From positions 1 to 64,000 of the IMG/VR virus record IMGVR_UViG_3300037258_001195: a stretch of 64,000 bases of DNA; one strand, given 5' to 3'. Numbering within the stretch: the stretch's first letter is position 1; the number at the start of each line of letters is the position of its first letter. Shown one piece after another: positions 35,257 to 45,054 of the stretch. The DNA is from a virus. A program made the translations under genes and the position numbers. A model generated the notes under the pieces. That model did not search any database, was not told the origin of the DNA, and worked only from the letters and a program-made list of their open reading frames with translations.

Positions 35257-35630
35257 CACTTCACCTCCAGATGCGTACCGGAAATAATGCACTGTCCCTG
35301 CCATTCGATGAGACAGCGTTTTCCGTTCCCGACTTTGATTATAGCAACGACAGCGGGACGGTCGGGATGTGGGTCGCTTGTAAGATCGATGACGAGTCCG
35401 TTTGGCGCGATTGCTTGAGCCTCCCCCACCTTTAGCGCAAATGACATCCCCGTATCGAAAGCGCCATTCAGCGGCTTGTCGATCATGACTGGTTTATACG
35501 CAGGAGTATTGGTGGATTCCGCGCCTACCACATTCGTCCAATCTGGCCAGCTCGGTATCTTATCGATAGATTGCGCGAACGCCAGCACCGGCACCGAACA
35601 AAGCAAACTCGCCAAGATTAACTTACGCAT
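35256..35630 (-). CDS. Secreted hypothetical protein
   Basis: MRKLILASLLCSVPVLAFA signal. Confidence 0.7.
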   Translation of the reverse strand: MRKLILASLLCSVPVLAFAQSIDKIPSWPDWTNVVGAESTNTPAYKPVMIDKPLNGAFDTGMSFALKVGEAQAIAPNGLVIDLTSDPHPDRPAVVAIIKVGNGKRCLIEWQGQCIISGTHLEVK

Positions 35631-35741
35631 GATTTTCCCCTCTCGTAGGAATGTTTCTCTCGCGCTTTGGATCGGCATGGCGCGACGCGTCGAGAGTGCC
35701 GCGTCTGGGGAATGACCCCTGCCATGCCGACTGGAATTTCA

Positions 35742-38465
35742 TCAACCGCCAACCCATCCCGACGTGTTCCGAAAGGCGAGGCACGCCACCGAGCCGCCGC
35801 CGGTGAATGTCCCACCGAAACTCGGGCACGATGTAAGTTGGTCGGTGACGTAGGCGATATCGCCAGCAGCTCCCGTGGGAAGCGATGCTACGGCAAAGCC
35901 CTTAAGCCGAGCGAGCGAACCGAAAACAATCTCTCCCGTGCCTTTGCCATTCAGTCCCAAGGCGATATTGGTGTCGCTGCCAACGGCCTCTATCTCGACC
36001 GGACTGCCTGCGTGGGAGGCAACGAATGCGGGATAATTCGCATTGGCAATTCCCCCACCGCCGCCCGCGAATTCCGCGAAATTTCCTAAACTAGTGGTAT
36101 TATCTACTGTACTATATGATGTGATAAAAAAGTTGGCACCGTTCGTCACTCCGAGAGTGGCGGTAGAATGGCCCGCGCCGACGCACAGGTTGTTGCCCTC
36201 AAGCATGCAACCACTTATCGTCAGATTACCGCCGGAAGCCAGGTCGATTCCGGTCGCGATTGTGCTGGCACTGGGTACTACAGCAGCCATTAACGAACTG
36301 GTCGTGGTTAAGGGCCATTGCTGATCTGAGCCCCCGACGAGGATTGCCTGGTTAACCGATGCCCCCGACTGGATCGAAGTGATCCATATTCCAGCACATT
36401 CGCTGTAAACGTTCGTGCAGCCGACATCGCCGTTCCACAGGGCAAGCGTGAGGCCGACCTTGTGTTGCGAGAAAACGTTCGCTTGCAGCCCGTAATCAAT
36501 CTCAAGCCCCTCGACCGAGTGAAGATAAGCGTTGCCGCTGGCTGGAGTTTTCCCAAGCTCTTGAATTCCGAGACCGTAAAAATCCCCGATCCCATTGCCG
36601 CTGCCAGAAGTTCCCCCAAGATTCACCTTGATCGTTTGACTGAAAAGCGCCTCCGGCCAGTAAGCGTTTCCGTTGACTTGCGAGCCGCCGGCATTATCGA
36701 TTGTCTGGTTAAGCGCCAAGACTGAACCAGATCCCTCCCACGAGCCACTCAACGTCATATCGATTGACAGGCAATTTACGGCATCAGGGCTGCTCACGCC
36801 GATTGTCGGCGCGCTGACGCTCGACGTACAGCGGATCGCGTTGATGGGCTGCGTGTATCCTTGCGTCAACAGGAGCGCGGTGCTGATCGTCGAATCTCCG
36901 GCGAGCGACGACACGTCGTAAAAGCCGGTGTTCGCCGCCCCGAACGCGCCCGAGATCGTAATCGCCGGCGCCATCGCAAGATTCGTCAGCGGCGTCGTCT
37001 GGCCGAGCGCCGCGTCGTCGATCGTACCACTGCTGGCCGTAAGGTTCGGCGTTTTAGTGCCAACCCCAGTCATTACCGAGACATTGCCCGTTGCAGTATT
37101 GGTGATGCTAGTCTTACTACTAAGTCCAACAATATTAAGATAGCCCCACGCTCCACCCTGAACAACTACGGCACCGCCGACTTCCACATTCGACACCGAA
37201 GCAATAGAATTCACCGCACCATCAACCGTCAACGTCCCTGAAATATACAGATTCGCGAGATTTAGTGCATCGTATTGAACAGCCGGAAGCGTGAAGGATG
37301 AGACGAAAAGGAAATCATCGTGAAAATTATCTTCAGTCATTACCGACGCTCCTATGTCAAACATAGGCAATGTCGGCGCATTTATAGTCGTATTGGCAAC
37401 ATTAAGCCTGAAAGGCGGCATGGTAGCGTCACTATGAATAATGGCAACGCCATTTCCAAGCGACATATCCACAACACTATCATCGAGAGTAATAATGCCG
37501 TCTATATATGAGGCAACATTGTAATAGTCAATAAAATAATCCGGAGACTGACTTCCCAGATTATATTGGCAATTTGTGCAGATAATTCCATTCGGATTGG
37601 TTCCGGTAATTCCCCAAAATGAAATCGAGGTTGCCTGATCGCCGCTCCCATTCAGTCCAAATCGAGCATTACTGATATATAGCTCTGGAAAACTATCATC
37701 AATAGTATGGCGACCGGTTAGGTTCCAAGTATATAAGTTATTACAATGTGCCGATACTCCATTTTCCCATTCAAATCCATTAACGGCATTATAGGCCATG
37801 AGATTGTTGCAGTGGGAATTATTTCCCTGAAACGCGATTCCGGTTGCGCTTCCGCTGGGCGTTCCAGCAAAGGAGACAAGCAAGTTTTCGACATTGCCGC
37901 CGGCAGCAGTTGCCCCCGACACCCCGAAAGTTGCACAAACGCCTGTTACTGTATCATCGCAGATAATATGCGGTCCAAGGGGAGTATTAGTCGGGGTAAT
38001 TGCTGATCCCCCGCGCACAATTGCCGACCCAAAAGCAAGTGCAAGACTAGACCGAAATGTAAGAGACGGGATAATAATCGGTGCAACATTCGCAGCAGAA
38101 TATGCAATAGCCTTGACAATACTCGCGTTCGCGTCCGTGCTTCCGCCTGGTACTGCCCCGAAATCACGAATGTCTATTCCGAGGGGATCAGGGTTAGCCT
38201 CCCACCGTCCGGTTGCAGGATTAGTTGCCGGCTTTATGCAACTACCTCCATCATCGGTGCACGACGACGCCCCCTTCCAATTAAATTGAATAGCGGGCGA
38301 ATCACCCGATGTCGCAAATCCCGTTCGAATTACTTGAGTATATTGTCCTGGAATCAGCGCGCGGAGGGCTGTATTGCTTTGAATTTGCGGAACTGAAACG
38401 GGGTCGGCATGGGCTGCGAACGCAAATAGGCCAGTAAACAAGATGCTTGCGAGTATTTTACGCAT
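35742..38465 (-). CDS. Signal-peptide-bearing beta-helix tailspike/depolymerase-like protein
   Basis: MRKILASILFTGLFAFAAHA; DDGGSCIKP...GRW; DIRDFGAVPGGSTDA; C-terminal fibre-end motif. Confidence 0.82.
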   Translation of the reverse strand: MRKILASILFTGLFAFAAHADPVSVPQIQSNTALRALIPGQYTQVIRTGFATSGDSPAIQFNWKGASSCTDDGGSCIKPATNPATGRWEANPDPLGIDIRDFGAVPGGSTDANASIVKAIAYSAANVAPIIIPSLTFRSSLALAFGSAIVRGGSAITPTNTPLGPHIICDDTVTGVCATFGVSGATAAGGNVENLLVSFAGTPSGSATGIAFQGNNSHCNNLMAYNAVNGFEWENGVSAHCNNLYTWNLTGRHTIDDSFPELYISNARFGLNGSGDQATSISFWGITGTNPNGIICTNCQYNLGSQSPDYFIDYYNVASYIDGIITLDDSVVDMSLGNGVAIIHSDATMPPFRLNVANTTINAPTLPMFDIGASVMTEDNFHDDFLFVSSFTLPAVQYDALNLANLYISGTLTVDGAVNSIASVSNVEVGGAVVVQGGAWGYLNIVGLSSKTSITNTATGNVSVMTGVGTKTPNLTASSGTIDDAALGQTTPLTNLAMAPAITISGAFGAANTGFYDVSSLAGDSTISTALLLTQGYTQPINAIRCTSSVSAPTIGVSSPDAVNCLSIDMTLSGSWEGSGSVLALNQTIDNAGGSQVNGNAYWPEALFSQTIKVNLGGTSGSGNGIGDFYGLGIQELGKTPASGNAYLHSVEGLEIDYGLQANVFSQHKVGLTLALWNGDVGCTNVYSECAGIWITSIQSGASVNQAILVGGSDQQWPLTTTSSLMAAVVPSASTIATGIDLASGGNLTISGCMLEGNNLCVGAGHSTATLGVTNGANFFITSYSTVDNTTSLGNFAEFAGGGGGIANANYPAFVASHAGSPVEIEAVGSDTNIALGLNGKGTGEIVFGSLARLKGFAVASLPTGAAGDIAYVTDQLTSCPSFGGTFTGGGSVACLAFRNTSGWVGG

Positions 38466-38470
38466 TTCAT

Positions 38471-39079
38471 TCACCACCAATTCGTTCCGTCAAAATTAAA
38501 CGTCTCTTTTTGCCCGCTAGTTACCAGCGCGAACGAAGCTAGACCGCGAATCGTTCCAGACGATGGAGTTATTGTGCACGGGTAAGTGCCGAAATTATTT
38601 CCTGTGTCGATGAAAGCCACATTACTATTTGTGCTGTAATCAGACTTTAAAGTTACCGTAATCGGCGCTGACGATGTATTATCCACATACACAGTCGTAT
38701 ATGGATGGTCAATAGTTTCATTCGTATGAATGGTAGTTGCAAGACCTATTGTGGTTCCGCTGGAGATGGCAACCCAAACCGCGTTGCCAGGAGTAACTCC
38801 CGCGCTTACACAAATATATAAGCTCTCGGTATCTGTATTATACCACAACGACCCCGCGCCGAAAAGCTGCGTGTAGTCGTTATCTGCGGTTGGACTAGAA
38901 TCCGAAACGTTATTTCGTTGATTTAAGACATAACAACCGATTGCAATGAGGAACGCGACATCAATTACGTTCGCGTTGTAGATTAACTGATATATATCAG
39001 AGGCATAGATATTTCCACTGGGGCAGCCTATTGTCTGCTCTGCCGATGGTGTCCAAATGAAAATGGTTGGTCCAGCCAT
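38471..39079 (-). CDS. Fibre-like virion protein
   Basis: GSLWYNT...YIC...AVW motif and knob-like C-terminus (FDGTNW). Confidence 0.7.
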   Translation of the reverse strand: MAGPTIFIWTPSAEQTIGCPSGNIYASDIYQLIYNANVIDVAFLIAIGCYVLNQRNNVSDSSPTADNDYTQLFGAGSLWYNTDTESLYICVSAGVTPGNAVWVAISSGTTIGLATTIHTNETIDHPYTTVYVDNTSSAPITVTLKSDYSTNSNVAFIDTGNNFGTYPCTITPSSGTIRGLASFALVTSGQKETFNFDGTNWW

Positions 39080-42000
39080 CAGAATGACCTCGGAGTCAAG
39101 GCATTGTTGCGGAATAGACCTTTAATTGCACCAGGATTCGACGCAATCAGGCCGCGAAACCAACGGTCCATCGATGGGGCATCCATCGCAGCAGCGTGAA
39201 GATGAAGGTGATTGTCGCCACCGGACGCACCTCCACCGGCAACCATGTTTCGGACACCTTGGGCTAAATTCGCCGGGAGGACCATTTCACGGGGATGTAG
39301 GATGGACAAGCCACCAGCAATGTCCGCTCCGCCGCCGGCGTATGCGGGGACGTCCCAACCGCCCGAGGCGGCAGCAAGCAACGCCGAGGCCGCACCGCTA
39401 GCACCGGCGGCTGCTCCACCTGCGGCACTGGCACCACCGAACAGCCCCCCGATAAGCGGCAATCCACCGAGGAAACTAAGAAATCCACCCGCATTCCCGA
39501 CCGCGCCTGCTGCCGACCCAGCTCCACTCGCCGCCGAAGATGCCGACATGGTTGCGACAGATCCCGTGAAGGTTGCCACCGCCGAGGCGAAAGCAGTTAC
39601 GGACGTAGCGAAAGTAGCTTCGGTCGAGATACTCTTCACGGCGCCGAGGCCGGTTCCGAGAAAGCCCCCCGGAGTTCCGATCCCAAGCATCTTAGCAATT
39701 CCTTGTCCGATGCTTGCCGTGCCTTCACCAAAAAGTGACTTTCCAATTGCCGTCGTAATTGACGAGCCGAGCTGCTTTCCCAAATCTCCTAGGGCACTCA
39801 TGCCGAACTGCCCCAAGAGTTGTGTTGTCGGGTTAATCCGATGCGACTCCATCAATGGCTGGCCGTGCGGACCTTGCACACTGGACCACCAATACTCCGG
39901 TTTCATTGGCTCAAAAGCGGATTTAATTGCTGTTCCGATCGTGCTTTCGAGTTGATCTCCAATGTTGTCAAAAGCGGCGCCCCACTTCGCAACAACCTCA
40001 TTAACTGCTTGCGCGTGAGCCTCAACAACTTCCATCAATTTCTGATCGACTTGATTTTGAATTTGCTGATGTTGGATTAGGAATTCCTTATCAGCGTTGA
40101 TTTTCTCTTGAATCGCCTCTTTATACAACTTTGGGTCTTGCTTATAGATCTCTTGTGCTTTGGCAATAATGGCGTCGTACGTCGAATCAGTCTTCGACTT
40201 CAAATCATCTAGAGCCGCAATTTTCTGCACCCCAGCATCGCGAGCGGCAGAATAGTCTTGTTTCGCTCGCTGTTGCGGGGAGATTTCCTTATCGCCCTGA
40301 GAAATTCGCGCGGCGATTCTCGTGTGCTCTACTTGTGCATCTTGTTGTTCCGAAACAAGACGATAATCCTCTTTCAATCCCTGAAGGCTCTTCCTCAAGG
40401 CGTCGATATCGGACGTTGTTTCTTTATTCACTCCGGCGTGGTGCGGCTTTGGCTGATCGAATGGCTTTATTCCTGGCCGAACATCGACGGGAGGAAGCTC
40501 CATAGGTCCGCCGAATTTGTGATACATATCACTGGTCGGCTTCCATCCCCCGTCAAACCGCGGCGCGCTAGAGAAACCAGGAATTCCAATTTTATTTAAA
40601 AACAGCCCAACCGACGCCTCAGCTTGCATTCCATAACTAAAAACCGTTCCTATTGCGCTAACAACAGACTTAGCTGCCGAGATAAGCTGGTTCATGAGGT
40701 TTAATACCGACTCTAGCGCCGGTATCGCGTTCATCTTAAATGTATCCCAACTCAAGCTAAGGGCATTGGTCTCTTGAGCAAGCTGCCGACCACCGTCAAT
40801 ATTCTTATCAACTGCATTTGCATAATCTTGTGCCGAGCTAGTAAGTTTCTGGTAATTCTGAACCATAGATGCAAGGGCGGCGTCAGATCGACCAAATAAC
40901 GCCTCTTCCGCCGCGCCTTTCACCGACGATGATTTGAAAGCATTTAACGCCGATGCAACCTTCATAAACATCGCATAGGTGTCATTACCATGCGAAATAA
41001 GTTCATCTTGACTAACTCCGATGGCGTGAAGTGCTTTCGCCGCTCGTGACGCGGGGTTTGCCATTGCCTGTTCAATATGCATGGCAAATTGCCGCAAAGC
41101 AGACGTTGCCCCATCCGCCTTAGTACCCGTTAAGATCAACGCCCCCTGGAGGGTTGCAAATTGATGAATGCTTAGTCCAGATGCTTCCGCCGCCCCGGAA
41201 ATTTCCTCGCTGAGCTTCCCCATTGCCTGCGCCATATGCAGCGCACCTTCAGCGGCACCTACAACTGCAACGCCCCCCATAAGAGCGCCAACGCCAACAC
41301 CGCCCCCCATTCCCGCCGCGCGAAACCCAGCCCCGACAGTCGACATCATCTGCCCACGTTGGCCACGCATTCCTTCGTCGAACAAGGACATCCCCGTTCG
41401 GCCGCCGCGCATGAAACGAGACCAAAAACCTCGTCCAGCTACTTCGCCCGCCTCACCGGCTGCCCGTCGAATCTTCCCAAACGCCGCCTCAGCATCATTC
41501 ACAGCAGTTTGATTATACACCTGACCTTTCGAGACGTAATTAAACCCTTTGTCAATCTCCTGCTGAAGTGACATATGCTGAACCGCTGCTGCCCCAGCGG
41601 CACGAGCAGACATTTGTTGAATTCGTGCTAACTCTTGCGCATTCTTCGAGGCTACCGAAAAATTAACATTGCTCGACGTTGGAGTTGTTCCGTGCGCGAA
41701 ACTTTGGTCTAGTTGCTTCTGCCGTTCAGAGTGTTGCGTCGCAATCAATCGCGCATTGTTAAGTCCCGTCGTAGCGGCAATCGCATCGCGGACGGATTGA
41801 GTATAAAGTCTATTTCCACTTGCCCCAGCACGAGTAACGGCATCTAGTGCCGTCATCTCTCGCTCGACACCCTTAACGGCATCTGCTTGCCCGCGCATGG
41901 CAGCGATGGCGCGCGTGCTGAAGGTCGTGATATCGGAGAATGTCGCCATAGAACTGGCGCGAAGCTGAGTTAGTTTCGCCTCAGCGATGGACAGTTCGGC

Positions 42001-42153
42001 GGCTGTTTTAGCCCCAAAACCGGCAAAGCCAGCGTATTGGCTTTGCCCCAGGTTGCTTAGTTGCTCCCGAAGCGACTTGATACGGGCTTCAAGTCGCGTA
42101 ATCTCGCCGTCGCCAGAAACCCCAATGCTGATTCCGAGGCGATTGTCGCTCAT
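39079..42153 (-). CDS. Tail tape measure protein (1024 aa)
   Basis: Long helical protein; C-terminal LHPREMVLP...NALTPRSF. Confidence 0.92.
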   Translation of the reverse strand: MSDNRLGISIGVSGDGEITRLEARIKSLREQLSNLGQSQYAGFAGFGAKTAAELSIAEAKLTQLRASSMATFSDITTFSTRAIAAMRGQADAVKGVEREMTALDAVTRAGASGNRLYTQSVRDAIAATTGLNNARLIATQHSERQKQLDQSFAHGTTPTSSNVNFSVASKNAQELARIQQMSARAAGAAAVQHMSLQQEIDKGFNYVSKGQVYNQTAVNDAEAAFGKIRRAAGEAGEVAGRGFWSRFMRGGRTGMSLFDEGMRGQRGQMMSTVGAGFRAAGMGGGVGVGALMGGVAVVGAAEGALHMAQAMGKLSEEISGAAEASGLSIHQFATLQGALILTGTKADGATSALRQFAMHIEQAMANPASRAAKALHAIGVSQDELISHGNDTYAMFMKVASALNAFKSSSVKGAAEEALFGRSDAALASMVQNYQKLTSSAQDYANAVDKNIDGGRQLAQETNALSLSWDTFKMNAIPALESVLNLMNQLISAAKSVVSAIGTVFSYGMQAEASVGLFLNKIGIPGFSSAPRFDGGWKPTSDMYHKFGGPMELPPVDVRPGIKPFDQPKPHHAGVNKETTSDIDALRKSLQGLKEDYRLVSEQQDAQVEHTRIAARISQGDKEISPQQRAKQDYSAARDAGVQKIAALDDLKSKTDSTYDAIIAKAQEIYKQDPKLYKEAIQEKINADKEFLIQHQQIQNQVDQKLMEVVEAHAQAVNEVVAKWGAAFDNIGDQLESTIGTAIKSAFEPMKPEYWWSSVQGPHGQPLMESHRINPTTQLLGQFGMSALGDLGKQLGSSITTAIGKSLFGEGTASIGQGIAKMLGIGTPGGFLGTGLGAVKSISTEATFATSVTAFASAVATFTGSVATMSASSAASGAGSAAGAVGNAGGFLSFLGGLPLIGGLFGGASAAGGAAAGASGAASALLAAASGGWDVPAYAGGGADIAGGLSILHPREMVLPANLAQGVRNMVAGGGASGGDNHLHLHAAAMDAPSMDRWFRGLIASNPGAIKGLFRNNALTPRSF

Positions 42154-42533
42154 GCGAGTCGGAGCCCTTTGCGCTTTTCGTCATTCCGCAGTCGAAGCTC
42201 TTCGAAGTCGAGAATTACCGCTGTTTTGGCCTCTTTAGGATCGGGACCGCGAATTATTGGAATTGCAAGTCCAGCCTGCTTGGCTAGCTGATTTAGCATT
42301 GCGTCGGTAATCTCCTCATCGTCGGCGACTTTTCCGCCGAGCCCCTCAAGGAGCGACTTAACCAGCATTGAAGTCGGCGGATAGTCCTTCCACCCGCGAA
42401 GAAGCGCATTGGCCTCTCCGATGGTGTATTCGTCGACTATTCGCTTGTCCCATCCGTAGCCGGCGGCGAAGGCGGAGTAGAACGGCTGGACGTCGTAACT
42501 CCCGTCTCGGTCTCCGTCGCCGCTGCTTCCCCC
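42150..42533 (-). CDS. Tail assembly chaperone frameshift extension
   Basis: -1 frame from GGGGGAA; FYSAFAAGYGW...W..YPP. Confidence 0.72.
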   Translation of the reverse strand, partial: GGSSGDGDRDGSYDVQPFYSAFAAGYGWDKRIVDEYTIGEANALLRGWKDYPPTSMLVKSLLEGLGGKVADDEEITDAMLNQLAKQAGLAIPIIRGPDPKEAKTAVILDFEELRLRNDEKRKGLRLA

Positions 42534-42826
42534 ACCATGCCGCTCAGACCAAGAACGGCATTCCAAGCAGCATTAACGTTGGCATAGTCGAGACGATCCC
42601 AAAGATCAAAATCAGAAAATTCCACCTCGGAATAATTCCTTCGCAGCGCCGCAATGACAATTTCACCGCGAAGAATCAAAAGCGGCGTGTAGTTGTTACC
42701 CGGTTCTGTGATTAGCTTATCATGCTGAACAAGCTTTTCGCCGAGTCCGTTTCGAAGCATCCCCAGACTAATTGGGGGAACTTCGAATTCCTTGTCGCCA
42801 AGGGCGATTTTAATGCCGGGAACCAT
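42437..42826 (-). CDS. Tail assembly chaperone
   Basis: LGDKEFEVPPISLG; between tube and tape measure. Confidence 0.82.
   Translation of the reverse strand: MVPGIKIALGDKEFEVPPISLGMLRNGLGEKLVQHDKLITEPGNNYTPLLILRGEIVIAALRRNYSEVEFSDFDLWDRLDYANVNAAWNAVLGLSGMVGEAAATETETGVTTSSRSTPPSPPATDGTSE
42527..42533 (-). other. -1 frameshift site GGGGGAA
   Basis: GTG GGG GAA; same heptamer as 11286-11292. Confidence 0.75.
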
Positions 42827-42864
42827 GTTGGGATAGCTCCGAAATTAGAGGAAAGGGGATGAGA

Positions 42865-43629
42865 TTACTCGCTTGTCGACAAGGTTCCGATCTGATTTCC
42901 CGTATTCGAGAACGCCATGTAGTCGAAATCGGGAATACCATAATCGTCAATTCTAGACGGGAAGGTCAGATGGCTACTAACACACTCAAAAAGTCGCAGC
43001 GTAATTTGCCCTGTCGACCCTTGCGTATTTCGCTGCTGGTAAAAGCTAGCTTCGAAGGTCGGCGTGTATCCCATGAAATTATTCGTCAGGGTAATCGTCT
43101 TGCCATTCGAGTCGGTGAAGGTGTAGGAAATTGCGACTGACGCGCCCGAATCCCCAGCACTAAACACATACACGCCGGTCGTGGGATTGACATAATACGT
43201 CCCGGCGGAACTCGGTGCCGACTCTGCGGTATAGGTAAACCGATTTCCTTCGTTCAATCCGCCACTGTAATAAACCCCTAAATCGGCCACAAACGCAGTC
43301 GCCTGGGCAACAGTGACTGAAAATCCAGCTGTCGGAACCGTATTGACTTCATTCTCCGCCGTGTTGTATTCGCTCGCCGTAGCAAGCGATGATCCAAAGA
43401 ATAGATCCGCATACAGGGCGGCGAAAATTCGCGCCATCTTCGCCTTTCCGGTAATCTTGCCCTTCCCGCGAGCAATATCGACCGGAAACTGAAGTTGACT
43501 ATAAAGCTCTTTCAACTCAAAGCTGAAGTCAATCGTATTGTCTTGCAAGATGGCGAACTGATCGGGGCCGATACTAGCCACGTCCGTTCGCGTGCCCCAG
43601 AGCGCGCCGATTCCGAAAATTAGCTGCAT
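42865..43629 (-). CDS. Major tail tube protein
   Basis: Homolog of 11576-12340; same length (254 aa). Confidence 0.88.
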   Translation of the reverse strand: MQLIFGIGALWGTRTDVASIGPDQFAILQDNTIDFSFELKELYSQLQFPVDIARGKGKITGKAKMARIFAALYADLFFGSSLATASEYNTAENEVNTVPTAGFSVTVAQATAFVADLGVYYSGGLNEGNRFTYTAESAPSSAGTYYVNPTTGVYVFSAGDSGASVAISYTFTDSNGKTITLTNNFMGYTPTFEASFYQQRNTQGSTGQITLRLFECVSSHLTFPSRIDDYGIPDFDYMAFSNTGNQIGTLSTSE

Positions 43630-43631
43630 AA

Positions 43632-43844
43632 CTAGTCTCCTCGAAGGTTCTTCGCCCGCAGGCGATTTCGTTCCCGAAGTTCAATTTCATTGAAACACGG
43701 CGCCGGCAACTCGATGGACTCAGTGAGAATGTCCAAACCTAGGAATTTCCACAATCCCTGACAATCGTCACGAGTAGCCTCAGAGAGAGTTGCCCTGGGG
43801 GTAATAGAGATAATCGGACCAAATAAAATCGATCCGACAATCAT
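43632..43844 (-). CDS. Hypothetical protein
   Basis: Coupled ORF filling an operon gap. Confidence 0.5.
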   Translation of the reverse strand: MIVGSILFGPIISITPRATLSEATRDDCQGLWKFLGLDILTESIELPAPCFNEIELRERNRLRAKNLRGD

Positions 43845-44071
43845 CGCCGCAACATTTCCTTCAGATGATCCTTACAGACCATGAGGTGGTTCCAAATCTG
43901 AGTGTGCTGCCCGACAACCGATCCCCGAATGTGATTGTCCCACCAATCTTCGACAATCTGGTCAATACTTCGCGGAGGGGCGGCTGTTTTATCTGCATCG
44001 ACTCCATAGTCCTTCAATGGAGTCTCGGATTCTGGCTGCTGTACGTCTGTTTTGGTTTCATCGTCGCTCAT
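43841..44071 (-). CDS. Small conserved hypothetical protein
   Basis: IVEDWW...GSVV...IWNH; homolog of 12342-12530. Confidence 0.75.
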   Translation of the reverse strand: MSDDETKTDVQQPESETPLKDYGVDADKTAAPPRSIDQIVEDWWDNHIRGSVVGQHTQIWNHLMVCKDHLKEMLRR

Positions 44072-44104
44072 TGTATGTCCTTTACACCTTGCGGCTTGTA
44101 TGCC

Positions 44105-44572
44105 CTACGGCATCTCGACAACTAACGGGACTATCAACAACGCCTGATTATCAATATCTCCGGGGTCCTTAAACACGCGACCCTCAAGGCGGCAGAAATA
44201 GACTAAATCCCCCAACGTATTCCCCCCAGTGGAGAAATTCGTTGCGGATTTCATGCCGAACATTTGGTCAAACGCTTCAAGCCAGTCGTTGATAATCGAG
44301 CCACCGACGATCGAGGGATCATCCGTCCGAGCATAGCACCAAATCCTAGGATTCAGCCTACGGCGATTAACGCCCAAGTTCCGATATTCGTCATGTTCCT
44401 CATGCTCGACCACATACGCCGCCGGCTGCGAGTCGCCGGGAACATCAGACCAAAGCCGTAGCCGCCGCCCTGTTGTGAGCCAGGTTGTTTGCCCGGCAAT
44501 GGGAGTCGAAAAGACCATTGCTTGAACAGAAGCCAGAATTGCATTCAGAACTTCTTCGCGTGTCGTGCTCAC
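44105..44572 (-). CDS. Tail terminator protein
   Basis: RRLRLWSDVP..SQPA. Confidence 0.78.
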   Translation of the reverse strand: MSTTREEVLNAILASVQAMVFSTPIAGQTTWLTTGRRLRLWSDVPGDSQPAAYVVEHEEHDEYRNLGVNRRRLNPRIWCYARTDDPSIVGGSIINDWLEAFDQMFGMKSATNFSTGGNTLGDLVYFCRLEGRVFKDPGDIDNQALLIVPLVVEMP

Positions 44573-45054
44573 AGGGCATCTCTAATTGCGTCTCGCAAGG
44601 CCGCCTCGATCTCGGGCGCCATTTCGGCCAATGCAGAGCGAAGATAACTTCTCTCGGGCATGGGAGGATGATAGACGTATGGAACGAATATGATATCGCC
44701 GTTTTTCCCGACAAAACGTAGAACTCTTTTATTCACCGGAACGATCTCATACGAGCCCTTCCCACCATACTCGTGTGCCATCGCGTAGGCTTGGACTTTC
44801 TGGTCTGTCGACTCAACGGCCACGAAACCAATTAGTCCGCTTCCAATCTTCTCGACCCCAGAAACAAGCGCCTCGATTAGTGCGCCGGATTTGGAATTAA
44901 GAACTTTCCCGGAGAGATTCTCAACTACCTTTTCCCGAAGCAACGCCACCTGTTCGTCTAGTTTCGCCTCAATCGCGGCGTGGATTTTCTTTGGAATCGA
45001 TTCCAGGTTAACCAGAACTTCTTGATCGACAATCTTAACGTTGATGCCAAGCAT
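44569..45054 (-). CDS. HK97 gp10-like neck protein
   Basis: YAMAHEYGG, MPERSYLRSAL. Confidence 0.82.
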   Translation of the reverse strand: MLGINVKIVDQEVLVNLESIPKKIHAAIEAKLDEQVALLREKVVENLSGKVLNSKSGALIEALVSGVEKIGSGLIGFVAVESTDQKVQAYAMAHEYGGKGSYEIVPVNKRVLRFVGKNGDIIFVPYVYHPPMPERSYLRSALAEMAPEIEAALRDAIRDAL

